Of a stretch of DNA of 64,000 nucleotides, positions 22,230-34,101 are shown piece after piece (the first letter of the stretch is position 1; each line of letters starts with the position of its first letter). A program made the translations under genes and the position numbers. Source of the stretch: an uncultured delta proteobacterium (GTDB taxonomy: Bacteria; Myxococcota_A; UBA9160; UBA4427); the NCBI GenBank assembly GCA_963822965.1, contig CAWGJT010000005.1:1344001-1408000 (forward strand), written 5' to 3'. The notes under the pieces are model-generated. The model was not told where the DNA came from and did not search any database. It worked only from the letters and a program-made list of their open reading frames with translations.

Positions 22230-24434
22230 CTAACGCGCCCGTCCACCGGCGCCTATCAGGATCAGCGGCACCTCGCTCGATTCGGCGAGCTGGCGCACGA
22301 TGTGGCCGAAGGTCCGTCCCGCACCGCGGGCGTGCTGGATCCCCATGACCACGAGATCGACGTCCTCCGCATGCCGCAGGATCGCCTCGCACGCATCTTG
22401 TGCCTCCTCGATCTGCACGTCGAAACGCCCCTCGACCTCGTCGCGCGCCAGAGCCCGCACCTCGCGCCGGGCCTGCCGCGCCTGGTCATCGGTAAGACCG
22501 GGAGCCAGGGTGCGCAGAAAGGTGATCGCACACTCCTGTGAGCGGGTCAGGCTCGCGACCAGCCGGGCGCGCGGGCGGCTGTGATCGCCGCGGCCGCCGA
22601 GCGGGATGAGCACGCGACGCACCTGTGCGATCCGCCAGCGCCGCGGCGCCCGCAGCACGACGACGTCCGCATCCAGCGGCGCGACCAGGGCCTCGAGCTT
22701 CGCCCAGCCCTCGGGCGTCTCTCCAAGCGGTGCTCCGAGCACGACCGTCTCGCAGCGGTGGAGCCGTGCGACCCGCGCGATCTCACGCGCCGGGTCGGCC
22801 GCGATCGTGAACAGGGTCTCGGCGGGGGTGCCGCGCTCGAATCCGCGCAGCAACGACTCGCCGAGGATGGCCTGCGCATCGCGCATCACCGGGTGGTCCT
22901 CGTCGGGCACCTCATCCGGCGTCGCCACGACGCACAGCTGGAGCACGCGACCGACGCTCGGCGTCCGCACCGTCGCGGCGACGCCGACGAGCCCCGCAGC
23001 GCTGGTGGGACTCGCGATCGGCACGAGGACGAGCGGGCTGCGGCCGCGCAGCCGCGCCAGGTCCGGGTCGCGAGCCTCGGCACTCGTGTCGGCCAGGCGC
23101 GCGCCGCGGGCCAGGAGCGTCACGAAGAAGGCGAGGCCAAGAAGCAGCCAGGCCATCACCACGTGGCCGGCTGCCGGCACCTCGATCGCCTGAAAGATGC
23201 CGAGCGCCAGGCAGAGCGCGCCGCCCACGAGAGGCACGACCGGTAGCCGGCCGTCGCCGGACCTGCGGCGCGCGAGAATCGCGGCCCAGTGCACCGTCGC
23301 GAAGGAGATCAGGAAGATGAGGCTCGAGGCCGCGCCCGCGGCCGACACGTCGCCCACCGCGGCGACGACGACCGCGAGCATGGCGGCAGTCACCGCCACT
23401 GCCAGTGCGGGCGTCTCGCCGCTGCCGCTCATGCGCCCGAGCGGACGCGGCAACGTGCGATCGCGCGCCATCGAGAATGCCACTCGCGAAGCTCCCAGCA
23501 GATTCGCCTGGAGAGCCGACAGCATGGAGAGCACGCCCGCCCCGATCACGAGCCAGTAGCCGACCGGTCCGAGGAATCGCTCCGCGGCCTCTGCCACCAG
23601 ACCCTCCGGGTTCGCCGCGGCCGCCTGCGCGATCTCCACGTCTGCGGGCACGCCGACGGTCGTAATCAACAGCAGCAGCGGGATATAGATGGCGAGAGCG
23701 ATCGCGAGGGACAGGTACATCGCCCGCGGCAGATTCCGTTCCGGGTCGCGCACCTCGCCGCCGACCGCAGCGATCAGGTCGAAGCCCTGGAGCGCGATGA
23801 AGGTGTACCCCATGGCCTGAAAGAGCCCGCTGAGACCGGCCGGCAGGAAGGGCCGGAGCCCGGCGGCGAGCTGCTCGCCGCTGTGCCCGAAGGCGGCGAC
23901 GGCGCCGCCCGCGATCACGATCACGAACACCACGACCTTGCCGATGGTGGCCCCCTGGCCGCCGCCGGACGCCTTGCGTACCAGCGCGACGGCGTAGAAG
24001 CCGACTGCGGCGAGCGCGAAGCCGACCCGCAGGTCGCCGCGCGACAGCCAGGCCACGTCCTGGCCCAGGCCCGCGAGCAGCCGGGTCGCCCCCTCGGCGG
24101 CGAAGACTGCGAACCCGAGGGCGTAGAGGACGCCGGCGACGATCGAGGCAAACCACACCACCCAGCCGACCACGAAGGCGACCTCGATCGAGAGCACGTG
24201 CTTCGCGTAGGTATAGGTGCCGCCGGATTGCGGGAAACGCACCGCCAGCTCGGCGAAGCTCGCCGCGGTGAAGACGGCGATGCCACCGTTGAGCACGAAG
24301 GCAAGCAGCGCCCCCGGCCCAGCAGTCCGGAAGGCGACGCCCGCCAGTGCCAGGACCCCGCCGCCAACGATCGCGCCAACGCCGATGAGCGTCGCGCCGA
24401 AGAGTCCAAGGTGCCGCTCGCCGGGCGTTTGCAT
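22230..24434 (-). CDS. APC amino-acid permease with C-terminal universal-stress-like domains
   Basis: GAIVGGG, PQSGGTY, GFDLIA..GGEVRDP; VLVPIA and DLVVMG. Confidence 0.88.
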   Translation of the reverse strand: MQTPGERHLGLFGATLIGVGAIVGGGVLALAGVAFRTAGPGALLAFVLNGGIAVFTAASFAELAVRFPQSGGTYTYAKHVLSIEVAFVVGWVVWFASIVAGVLYALGFAVFAAEGATRLLAGLGQDVAWLSRGDLRVGFALAAVGFYAVALVRKASGGGQGATIGKVVVFVIVIAGGAVAAFGHSGEQLAAGLRPFLPAGLSGLFQAMGYTFIALQGFDLIAAVGGEVRDPERNLPRAMYLSLAIALAIYIPLLLLITTVGVPADVEIAQAAAANPEGLVAEAAERFLGPVGYWLVIGAGVLSMLSALQANLLGASRVAFSMARDRTLPRPLGRMSGSGETPALAVAVTAAMLAVVVAAVGDVSAAGAASSLIFLISFATVHWAAILARRRSGDGRLPVVPLVGGALCLALGIFQAIEVPAAGHVVMAWLLLGLAFFVTLLARGARLADTSAEARDPDLARLRGRSPLVLVPIASPTSAAGLVGVAATVRTPSVGRVLQLCVVATPDEVPDEDHPVMRDAQAILGESLLRGFERGTPAETLFTIAADPAREIARVARLHRCETVVLGAPLGETPEGWAKLEALVAPLDADVVVLRAPRRWRIAQVRRVLIPLGGRGDHSRPRARLVASLTRSQECAITFLRTLAPGLTDDQARQARREVRALARDEVEGRFDVQIEEAQDACEAILRHAEDVDLVVMGIQHARGAGRTFGHIVRQLAESSEVPLILIGAGGRAR

Positions 24435-24884
24435 CCGCGGATCATGCGGAAGTGCAGGGACCTCTGCGAGACCCGGCGAAATCCCAACGGCGGCGGCTCG
24501 CGGACCTGACTCAGACCCACTTCGCCCGGACGCTCGGATCGGCGCCCATACGCCGCGCGACGGGGAGCAGGGCTTCTCAGCCCCAGGGGCCCGCGATCAC
24601 GTCGTTCCCGGGGAATCCCGCTGTATGTCGGCTGCTCAACCGCTGGACTGCATCCGCAGGAAGACCCGGTGCCGCAGCGTATGCAATCGGTCTGATCGCC
24701 CTCCCCTCCCCCCGCACCACCGAAACGAGCCGCCCGGTCTCAGCCTGCGGCCGGGCGGCGCGTGTTTCGAGGGTCCACTCGAGCAAGCCCTCCAGGCCAA
24801 GGCCGCGCCCTCCTCCGGCCTCCGCGGCTCCACCCGATTCCAGATGCCTCCCGCCCGGGAGCGCGCCCTACTTCACCTGAATCG

Positions 24885-26568
24885 TCACCTTTTCGATCTC
24901 GCCGGTGAAGGAAGTCGACTTCTACGCTGGACGCTCCTTTGGGGAGGGGCTTGCCGCCCCTCAGGACGGTGTGTTCGTCGAAGTAGTTGTAGTCGAAGAC
25001 GGGAACGCCTTCGTCGAGATACAGGCTGAGGCCGGCCGCGAGGCCACCAAACCCGACGATGACTCCTTCGGTTCGCGCTCCGTCGGTCTCGACGTTCGCC
25101 GTGAGGGTCCATGAGCGGTTCTTCATCGGCGGCGCGGCCGTCTCCGAAATGCGGATGGCGCCCGGGTAGTAGGTGAACGTCCTCGTGTCGGGATCGGCGC
25201 CCGGAGGCAGAGGCTTGGGCACGGCCAGCCGAGCGGAGCCCCGGTCGTCCAACGGGTAGATGTGGTACTGCCGAGCCGCCTCGGCGAATCGGGCCTTCAG
25301 CGCGGTCAGCTTCTCGGGATGTTCGGCTGCGAGATCCACGGCCTCCGAGAAGTCGTCGGGCAGGTAGTAGAGCTCCCAGATGTCCTGATCCCAGTTGCCT
25401 GGCGCATAGTCCTGCCGCCATGGGAAGGTGTGCTGGGCGTTGGCCTTCCAGCCGTCTCGATACATCGAGCGGTTCGTGAAAATCTCGCAATACTGCTCGG
25501 AGCGCCCCGCGTAGCTCGGATCGTCGAAGCTGGCGAGGAAGGACTTCCCGGCGAGAGGCTTCTGCCGAATGCCGTCGACCGTCTGCGGCATCGGAATCCG
25601 GGCCGCTTCGAGGATGGTGGGCGCGACGTCGATCAAGTGCAGGAACGCGTCGCGCAGCTGTTCGTCATGGGTGATCCGGCTGGGCCAGCTCGCCACCATG
25701 GGGTTGCGTGTGCCCCCCAGATGCGAGGCCACCTGCTTCACCCATTGAAAGGGAGTATCTCCCGCCCAGGCCCAGCCGACGGGGTAGTGCGGCTCGGTCC
25801 CGGGCGCTCCCACATTGTCGAGCAGCGGGACGAGCTCCTCGAGTGGCGTGTTGATGCCGTTGAGTGCCTTCACCTCGTTGAAGGTTCCGTCCGGCCCGCC
25901 TTCAGCGGAAGCGCCGTTGTCGCCCGCGATGAAGATGACGAGCGTGTTGTCGGCATCCGGAAGCTCCTTCACCGCATCGAGCAGACGGCCGATCTCGTGA
26001 TCGGTGAATGCGAAGTAGCCCGCGAAGTTCTCCATCAACGTCGTGTAGACCCGCTTCTGAAGGTCGCTGAGCGAATCCCAGGCCGGCACCCAGTCCGGCC
26101 GCGGAGTCAGCTTCGTGCCCTTCGGAATGATCCCCATCTCCAGCTGCCGCTCATAGACCTGCTCGCGGTACTTCTCCCAGCCCATGTCGAACGCGCCCTT
26201 GAACGACTCGCGCCACTTCGCCGGGGCCTGATGGGGTGCGTGCATCGCCCCGGGCGCGAAGTACATGAAAAAGGGTTTGTCGGGTGCGACCGACTTCGAG
26301 AACTTCATGCGGGCGATCGCCCGATCCGTCATGTCGGTGAGCAAGTGGTAGCCCTCTTCTGGCGACTTGTCGGGCTCGACTGGGCTGGTGTTCTCGAAGA
26401 TGACCGGGTAGTACTGGTCGGTCTCCCCGGCATTGAAGCCGTAGAAGTACTCGAAGCCGAGGCTCGTCGGCCAGCGATCGAAGGGGCCGGCGATGGTGGT
26501 CTCCCAGTCCGGCGTGTTGTGGTTCTTGCCGAACCACCAGGTCGCGTAGCCGTTGTCCCTGAGGATGG
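24885..26568 (-). pseudogene. Arylsulfatase internal fragment (N-terminal catalytic motif absent)
   Basis: [33 protein letters not shown]. Confidence 0.85.
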
Positions 26569-26775
26569 CTCCGATTTCCCGGAAGAAGCCCTCGACCTGT
26601 GCCTCGTCCGTGAGATCGAGCTGCCGAGCCTCTACCCCGTCGCCAAGCTTGCACGCGGCGGCATCCATCCGGGATTGATTGCTCGACGCGATGACGACTT
26701 CGGCGCCCGCGTCGCGTGCACCTTGCGCCACCGCGAAGCCGATCCCCGAACCACCGCCGACCACCAGCACATCGT
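26569..26775 (-). pseudogene. Short-chain dehydrogenase N-terminal fragment fused in frame to the sulfatase piece
   Basis: [15 protein letters not shown]...LDLTDE. Confidence 0.75.
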
Positions 26776-26892
26776 CATGATCGAGATCTCTCCATCGCGC
26801 GGCTCCGCTACTCCACCGCCGGACCACGACACACTGCACCAAGACACCCGTTCGAGCGCAGTCTACACCAGCGGCACCTCGTTCTCGCCGGG

Positions 26893-28002
26893 TCAACTCA
26901 GCCGATTGCGGAACAACCAGCCTGCGAGGGACAGACTCGCAAGCGCGATCAGCGCGAGGGGCCACAGCTGTTGCACGACGAGCTCGGCCGACATGCCCTG
27001 CAGGAAGATCCCCCGCACGATGACGAGGAAGTAGCGCATCGGATCGACGAAGGTGATGAGCTGAATGGCCTTTGACATGTTCGCGATCGGGGTCGCGAAG
27101 CCCGACAAGATGATCGCGGGAACGAGGAAGAGAAAGGCGCCGAGGATCGCCTGCTGCTGAGTGCGGACCAGAGACGAGATCATGAGCCCGACGCCGATCA
27201 CGGCCAGCAGGAACAAGATCATCCCGACGTATAGAAGAACGAGGCTTCCTAGCAGGGGAACCCTGAACCAGAACACCGCCATCGCGACGATCACCGTGCC
27301 TTCGACGACCCCGATCAACAAGGGAGCGAGTGACTTGCCAAGCAGGATCTGGCTCGGCCGAAGCGGCGTCACGAGGAGCTGGTCGAAGGTGCCGAGTTCG
27401 CGCTCCCGCGCCACGGAGAGAGCCGTGACCACGAGCGTCACGACGAGGGTGAGAAGAGCCACGATTCCCGGCACGATGAACCAGCGGCTGTGGAGGTTCG
27501 GATTGAACCAGGAGCGCGCGACCAGCGTGGCGGGGGGCAGTCGCGCACCGTGGCGTTGCAGCCAGTCGATGTTGAACTCGCGAACGATCGTGTTGGCATA
27601 GCCGCTCAGGATCAGCGCCGTATTCGAATTGCGGCCGTCCACGATGACCTGGACCCGGGCGGGCTGGGCGATGCGCAGATCCCGTGAAAAGCTCTGGCCA
27701 ATGTGGACGACGAGCGCGGCGTCGCGCGCGTCGATCACCCGAGCGATGTCGGATTCTCGTTCCAGATGCGCCGCCGTGCTGAAGACCGGCGAACCCTCGA
27801 AGCGTGCGATCAGATCGCGGGCATCTCCGCCCGCGTCCTCGACGTAGAACGCGACTGGAACGTTCTGCAAGTCATAGGTTGCGGCATAGCCGAAAACGAG
27901 GAGTTGGATGATCGGAGGACCAATCAGAACGACGCGACTTCGCGGATCCTTCCAGACGGCCAGGAGCTCCTTGACGACGAGGGCTCGGATGCGTTGCCAC
28001 AT
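26893..28002 (-). CDS. ybhR: ABC-2 permease (YbhR-like)
   Basis: [29 protein letters not shown]. Confidence 0.85.
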   Translation of the reverse strand: MWQRIRALVVKELLAVWKDPRSRVVLIGPPIIQLLVFGYAATYDLQNVPVAFYVEDAGGDARDLIARFEGSPVFSTAAHLERESDIARVIDARDAALVVHIGQSFSRDLRIAQPARVQVIVDGRNSNTALILSGYANTIVREFNIDWLQRHGARLPPATLVARSWFNPNLHSRWFIVPGIVALLTLVVTLVVTALSVARERELGTFDQLLVTPLRPSQILLGKSLAPLLIGVVEGTVIVAMAVFWFRVPLLGSLVLLYVGMILFLLAVIGVGLMISSLVRTQQQAILGAFLFLVPAIILSGFATPIANMSKAIQLITFVDPMRYFLVIVRGIFLQGMSAELVVQQLWPLALIALASLSLAGWLFRNRLS

Positions 28003-28008
28003 GTTCGT

Positions 28009-29158
28009 CTACTCCAACCGTTTGAGCGTCTCGCGCTTCGTGAGACCGAGAAAGACGGCCGCCATGACGGCGAGCGCAAACGCATTCGGCAGGATGACGC
28101 TCCAGACATTCCCGGCGAGGAAGCTCGTCTGGAGGATCGCAACGAAATAGCGAGCTGCGATCAGATGGGTGATCCACTGCACGACGGTCGGCATGCTCTG
28201 GATGTCGAAGATGAACCCCGAGAGGATGAAGGCGGGCAGGAAGGTCACGATGATCGCGATCTGTCCGGCGATGAACTGGTTCTTCGCGACCGTCGAGATC
28301 AACAGACCCATGCCGAGGGCCGCAAGCAGGAAGAGAGCCGATGTGAGGCCGAGTACCCAGAACGAGCCCCGAAACGGAACGCCAAAGAGGCCGATGGCCA
28401 TGATCACGGACAAGGTCATCCCACCCATGCCCAGCAGGAAATAGGGGATCAACTTCCCGAGCAGCAGCTCTGTCGTCGAGACGGGCGTGACGAGCAGGGC
28501 TTCCATCGTCCCGCGCTCCCATTCACGAGCGACGACCAGGGCCGTCAGCAGCGCGCCGATCAAGGTCATGATGATCGCGATCAAGCCGGGCACGAGGAAG
28601 TCGCGGCTCCGAACGGCTGCGTTGAACCAGACCCGCGGCTCGACGCGAACGGGGGCGGTCGAGAGGCCGCCCTTCGTCGCGTGCCTGCTGTTCGAGCCAC
28701 GCGGCCCAGGTGCCGTCTACATAACCGCTGATGAGTCGCGCCGTGTTGGCGTCCGTACCGTTGACGAGGAGCTGGATCGGTGCGCCGGTCGGATCGTAGA
28801 GACGACGCGAGAAATCGCTGCGGAGGACGACCACGGCGGACACCTCGCCGTTGACGAGCGCCGCCTCGGCGTTCTTGCGCTGGAGAACCTGATGCGGATC
28901 GAAGTACGGCGACTGCGAGAAGGACGCTGCGAAGCTGACGGCGGCAGGCGTCGGATTCTCGATGACCAACGCGACCGGGACGCCGCGCGCATCGAGTGAG
29001 ATTCCGTAGCCGAAGATCAGCAGCAGGACGAGCGGGAGCACGAAGGCAATCGCGATGCTGCTCGGGTCGCGCAGGATCTGTAATCCTTCCTTACGCAGGA
29101 GTCCACGCAAGCGCATGCGGCGCTTCGCGGAGCTCGAGACGGATGTGGACGTATTCAT
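28009..29158 (-). CDS. ybhS: ABC-2 permease (YbhS-like) with frameshift near 28650-28680
   Basis: KEGLQILRDPSS, NGTDANTA, AREWERGTMEALL in two frames. Confidence 0.82.
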
Positions 29159-31005
29159 TCGGGATGCTCTTCTCGATAGTCCGTGATCAGGTCCACGAAG
29201 GTGTCGTCGAGCGAGGGCTCGGGAAGCTCCGCGCTGCGCGCCTCGTCCTTCAATTCGTCGGGCGTACCGATCGCGATGAGGCGTCCCCGGTAGATGATGC
29301 CGGCGCGATCGCAATACTCCGCCTCGTCGAGAAAATGGGTCGTGACGAGGATCGTGACACCGGATTCGGCGAGCGCGTTGATGCGATCCCAGAACTCTCG
29401 TCGTGCCAACGGATCCACGCCCGAGGTGGGTTCGTCGAGAAAGAGGATCTCCGGCTCGTGAAGGAGCGCCGCACCGAGCGCCAGCCGCTGCTTGAAGCCG
29501 AGCGGGAGATCATCGCTCGCGCGATTGGCCAGCGCTCCGAGGTCGAAGTTCTCGAGTGCCCAGGCGACGCGCGCGTCGCGCTGGCGCCCGACCAGACCGT
29601 AGGCGCTGCCGAAGAAGCGCAGATTCTGTTCTACGCTGAGGACGCCATAGAGCGCGAATTTCTGAGACATGTAGCCGATGCGCGCTCGCGCCCGAGGCGC
29701 GGATCGGCGCAGGTCGATACCCAGCACATGAGCCTGCCCGGCGGAGGGTGGAAGCAGCCCGCAGAGCATGCGAAAGGTCGTGGATTTGCCCGCGCCATTG
29801 GGCCCGAGCAAGCCGAAGATCTCGCCGCGTGAAACCGAGAAGCTCATCTGATCGACCGCGCGGAAGCTGCCGAAGTCCCGAGTCAGGTCGTGGATCTCGA
29901 TCACCGGCGGTGCACCTGGGTCGGTTTCCGTCCGGTCTGGAGTCGTTGGCTTCACCGGCGCCAGCGCGCTTGGCGGCGACGACGGCGGCGGAAGCGCCGA
30001 TTCCTCCTCGCGGGCATCATCACGAGGCTCACGGGTCAGCCGCGCATGAAGGAGCGAGACGAAGGCGTCCTCGAATCGGGGTGAGACGGAATGGAACGCC
30101 GTCGGGGCGCCCGCGGCATCGATGAGCAGCGTCCCGGGCTCGGGCGCCGGCTGTCCTTCCGCCATCAAGATGCGTACGGTTCGGCCCTGGACGACGGCAT
30201 CGAGGACTCCGGGTCGAGCCTTGGCGCGACGTGCGACGCGTCGCCGCTCGTTCGGGGGGACGGACAACGCGAAGGTGCGCCCGCGCAGGGGCTCGATGAG
30301 ATCGGCCGGCCGTCCGTCGGCAAGTCGCTGCCCTTCATAGAGGACGATGACGTGGTCACAGCGTTCGGCCTCGTCCTGATAGGCGGTGCTCCATACGACG
30401 GTCATACCGTCGCCCGAGAGCTGTCGCACGATCTGCCAGAGCTCTCGGCGGGAGATCGGATCGACGCCGACGCTTGGCTCGTCGAGCAGCAGGAGCTCAG
30501 GCGGATGGACGAGCGTGCACGCCAGGCCGAGCTTCTGCTTCATGCCGCCCGAGAGCTTGCCTGCCAGTCGTGCGCCGAAGGGACCGAGGCCGGTGAACTC
30601 CATCAACTCTGCATAACGCTTCGAGCGCTCGACGCTCGGCAGCCCATAGAGATCCGCGAAGAGCTCCAGATTCTCGGCGACGCTCAGATCCTCGTAGAGC
30701 CCAAAGCGCTGAGGCATGTATCCGACGCGCCCGCGTATGCTTTCGGACTCGTGTGGAGCATCGATACCGAGCACCTGAAGTCGTCCAGCATCGGGCAGGA
30801 GCAGTCCGGCGATCAGGCGAAGCAGCGTCGTCTTTCCGGCTCCATCCGGACCGACCACACCCGTGATGGCGCCGCTGTGAATCTGCAGGTCGAGCCCGCG
30901 CAGCGCAGCGACGTGCTGATCTCCAACGCCAAACTGCTTGCGGATGGCGGTGGCCTCGACCGCCAGGTCGTCGGTCCGATCGACGGCCGCAGTGGCGCCG
31001 CTCAT
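29155..31005 (-). CDS. ybhF: Dual-domain ABC ATP-binding protein (YbhF-like)
   Basis: Two Walker A motifs (GPDGAGKT, GPNGAGKS); LSGGMKQK; LLDEP. Confidence 0.9.
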   Translation of the reverse strand: MSGATAAVDRTDDLAVEATAIRKQFGVGDQHVAALRGLDLQIHSGAITGVVGPDGAGKTTLLRLIAGLLLPDAGRLQVLGIDAPHESESIRGRVGYMPQRFGLYEDLSVAENLELFADLYGLPSVERSKRYAELMEFTGLGPFGARLAGKLSGGMKQKLGLACTLVHPPELLLLDEPSVGVDPISRRELWQIVRQLSGDGMTVVWSTAYQDEAERCDHVIVLYEGQRLADGRPADLIEPLRGRTFALSVPPNERRRVARRAKARPGVLDAVVQGRTVRILMAEGQPAPEPGTLLIDAAGAPTAFHSVSPRFEDAFVSLLHARLTREPRDDAREEESALPPPSSPPSALAPVKPTTPDRTETDPGAPPVIEIHDLTRDFGSFRAVDQMSFSVSRGEIFGLLGPNGAGKSTTFRMLCGLLPPSAGQAHVLGIDLRRSAPRARARIGYMSQKFALYGVLSVEQNLRFFGSAYGLVGRQRDARVAWALENFDLGALANRASDDLPLGFKQRLALGAALLHEPEILFLDEPTSGVDPLARREFWDRINALAESGVTILVTTHFLDEAEYCDRAGIIYRGRLIAIGTPDELKDEARSAELPEPSLDDTFVDLITDYREEHPE

Positions 31006-32175
31006 TTCGGCGACTGCGACTCGGAGCCCGCCGCCGGGGGTGCTGCATTCGGTGGACCGGAACCTTCGGCGGGCGCGTCTGCGGCGCGTGTGACTCCATC
31101 CTCGGCCTCCGTCGAAATGGCGGCCGGAGACGCAGGCGGCGACTGACCGAGCGGCAGGTGGACCGTCACGGGCATGCCCTGGCGAAGCGTCTGATCCGGG
31201 TTGCGCACGTAGATCCGCGTTCGGTAGACGAGGCTCGTTCGCAGCTCCGGGGTCTCGACCGGCTTCGGTGTGAATTCGGCGGTCGGGGAGATGAAGCCCA
31301 CCCAGCCCGCGTATGTCCGGTCGGGGAAGGAATCCGTCTTGATCTCGGCCTTCATGCCGGGGAATACACGGCCGAGATCGCGTTCCGAGAAGTACGCACG
31401 CACCCAGACCGGATCGCGGAGGGCGAGGGTGTAGGCAGGCGTGTTCGGGAGCACGACGGCGCCCGGCTCGAGGATGCGCGTCAGGACCGTGCCGGCTGCG
31501 GGCGCGAAGAGCTTCGCATCCGCCAGCCGATGCTGAGCGAGCTCGAGCGCGTTCTGATCGGCGAGGAGTTGAGCACGAGCCGCCTCGATGTCCTCGCTGC
31601 GCGGGCCCTCGACGGCGAGCCGAAGATCTTCTTGCGTGGCGTGTAGACGGGCCTGGGCCGAGAGGTGGGCGGCTTTCGCGTCGTCGATCTGCTGCGGCGA
31701 GGCGGCATCGGCCCGCAGCAGCTCCTCGAGTCTTTCGTGCGTCGACGCGGGCATCGGCGAGATCCGCGTTCGCCCCGGCAAGGTCTGCCCGGGCGCGTTT
31801 GATCTCCTCGGGTCGACTTCCGTGCTCGAAGCGCGCAACCACGGCACGCTGTGCCGCAACCCGCGCCCGAGCTTCGAGCATCGCGTGCTCGAGGCGGGAC
31901 CCGTCGAGCTCGGCCAGCAGCTGCCGCTCCTCGACCACATCGCCTTCTTCGACGTACATCGCGACGACGCGGTCGCTCTCGTTGAAGGCGACGTCGACTT
32001 CGCGCACATCGATGTTTCCGTAGACGACGACTTCGTTCGACGCGTCCCCCCGGTCCCATCGGACAAAGAAGATGCCACAGGCTGCGAGCACGATGACGAG
32101 CCCCGCGACAATCACGATACGCCGGCGGCGAGAGGACTTGCCCGATGTCTTCGGATCCGGTTGGCTCAAGGTCAT
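31002..32175 (-). CDS. ybhG: HlyD-family membrane fusion protein (YbhG-like) with frameshift near 31750
   Basis: YGNIDVREV, GSRPEEI, ISPTAEFTPK, LRQGMP in two frames. Confidence 0.82.
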
Positions 32176-32435
32176 GGTCCTGGCGCGGACGGCACCGCTC
32201 CAACGGTCGTTTCGCTCAGTGTAGACAATCCCTCGAGCTTCCGAACGATTCTTCGCTCGCTCGTCTGTCGTCTGGATTCATCTGCGAGGGCGCGATTCCG
32301 CCCTTTGCGATGGACCCCCAGCCGTCCTTGTGCGGACCGGCCCCCCCCCCATGGAGGCGAACTGCATCAATGAAAAGCTCACCGTCGCAGGATGGTTGCT
32401 TGATAGAGCGACGAGCTCACACATCGCGATGGTCG

Positions 32436-32675
32436 CTAGGGATGAGTCGCCAGCCGCGACTGGATTTCGTCGGCTGTAGGCACCTTCCCTTCGAAAATGA
32501 TCTCGCCGTCCACGACGAGTGCCGGTGTGCGCATCACGCCGCTATCGATAATCGCGTTCATGTCCGTGATTTTCTCCAGTTCGTACGTCATGCCGAGCGC
32601 TCGCGCCGCGGATTCGGCGTTGGTGGCAAGCTTGACGCACTTACTGCAGCCCGATCCAAGGATCTGCAATTTCAT
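32436..32675 (-). CDS. Small redox-active disulfide protein (thioredoxin-like)
   Basis: ILGSGCSKC, GVMRTPALVVDG. Confidence 0.88.
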   Translation of the reverse strand: MKLQILGSGCSKCVKLATNAESAARALGMTYELEKITDMNAIIDSGVMRTPALVVDGEIIFEGKVPTADEIQSRLATHP

Positions 32676-32687
32676 CGTTCTAGCTCC

Positions 32688-34064
32688 CTATGACCCAATG
32701 GCTCCATAGATGGAACCGCTGAATGTCGCCATGACTATGACCAGCGCGCAGTACACCAAAGTCTTCTCGGTTCCGATAATGCTGCGTATTACGAGCATGT
32801 TGGGCAGCGACAGCGCTGGCCCTGCGAGCAGCAAAGCGAGAGCTGGGCCTTTGCCCATCCCAGCACCGAGCAGCCCTTGCACGATCGGCACTTCCGTCAG
32901 GGTGGCGAAATACATAAAGGCGCCCAGGACCGAGGCCAAGAGATTCGCTCGCAATGAATTTCCGCCGACGGCCGCATCCACCCACTCCATGGGGATGACG
33001 CCTTCGTGTCCAGGGCGACCTAGCAAGAAGCCAGCGACCAGGACTCCAACCAGAAGGAGCGGCAGGATTTGCTTGGCAAAGTCCCAGGTCTGGGCAAACC
33101 ATTCTTCGCCGGCGCCCGGCTGCAGCGCCGCCAGCACGGCAATCCCCAGAACTGCGACCGCAAATGGGAGCTGAGGTGTGTTCGAAAACAACAGAGCCAG
33201 CAGGGCGACGGTCGCGGCCAGAGTCAGCATCCTTCCTACTGGCCAACCCCAGCGTGCCACCAGGAACAACGCAAGGCCGCCACCGAGCTGCGCGGTCAGA
33301 GCCCATTTCCAGGAATAGATCAATTGCCAGGTACCGCCTTCGGACGGCGCCCAATTGGCGAACACCAACACACCAACCATGAGCGCGAAGAACGTCACGG
33401 TATCTGCCACGGGCATGTCATCGTCGGCGTCGTCAAAGCTGCGCTGGGGAGCGGTATCCCCGCGGCTGGCTTCTTCGCGACGATAAAGGACCTGCATGAT
33501 GAAACCGATGATGACCGCGAAAGCGATTGCACCGACGGCGCGCGCCAATCCGATTTCGGCACCGAGCACCTTGGCGGTGATCACGATGGCCAAGATATTG
33601 ATTGCCGGTCCCGAATATAGAAAGGCCATCGCGGCGCCGAGCCCGGCACCGCGCTTGTAAATGCCGCCGAACAACGGCAGCACAGTGCAGGAACATACGG
33701 CCAGGAGAATTCCAGAGACCGAGGCGACACCTAACGCGATAGGCTTTGGCGCGCTCGGTCCGAGAAACCGCATGACTGCGCCCTGGCTGAGATAAGCCGC
33801 CATGGCACCCGCGATCAGAAACGCGGGCAGCAGACACAGGATGACGTGCTCCTGGGCGTACCAATTCACCAGGTGGATGCCTTCGAGCACCGCATTGTCA
33901 AACCGCGCGCTGTCGGCCGGCATGAAATAGACGGCAAGAAACACGGTGCTGATCGTCAGAAGCACGCGTCCTTCGGTGCGGTTCTCCTGCCAGAATTCGC
34001 GCAGGCGATCCCCCCATCCTCTCGACTCTTTGGGGGGCGAATCAACGGGTGTAACGCTCGTCAT
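32688..34064 (-). CDS. arsP: ArsP/DUF318-type permease
   Basis: LAVCSCTVLPLF, YSGPAIN, YFATLTEVP, GPALSLP; ars gene context. Confidence 0.82.
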   Translation of the reverse strand: MTSVTPVDSPPKESRGWGDRLREFWQENRTEGRVLLTISTVFLAVYFMPADSARFDNAVLEGIHLVNWYAQEHVILCLLPAFLIAGAMAAYLSQGAVMRFLGPSAPKPIALGVASVSGILLAVCSCTVLPLFGGIYKRGAGLGAAMAFLYSGPAINILAIVITAKVLGAEIGLARAVGAIAFAVIIGFIMQVLYRREEASRGDTAPQRSFDDADDDMPVADTVTFFALMVGVLVFANWAPSEGGTWQLIYSWKWALTAQLGGGLALFLVARWGWPVGRMLTLAATVALLALLFSNTPQLPFAVAVLGIAVLAALQPGAGEEWFAQTWDFAKQILPLLLVGVLVAGFLLGRPGHEGVIPMEWVDAAVGGNSLRANLLASVLGAFMYFATLTEVPIVQGLLGAGMGKGPALALLLAGPALSLPNMLVIRSIIGTEKTLVYCALVIVMATFSGSIYGAIGS

Positions 34065-34101
34065 GGGGCTCGCAATCGGGTAATCGGGTTGATGGCCATG
34101 C

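Noticed and set aside
29155..32175. 1006-aa HlyD-ABC fusion
   Set aside because: Produced by a frameshift in the HlyD gene; the ATPase has its own ATG at 31005.
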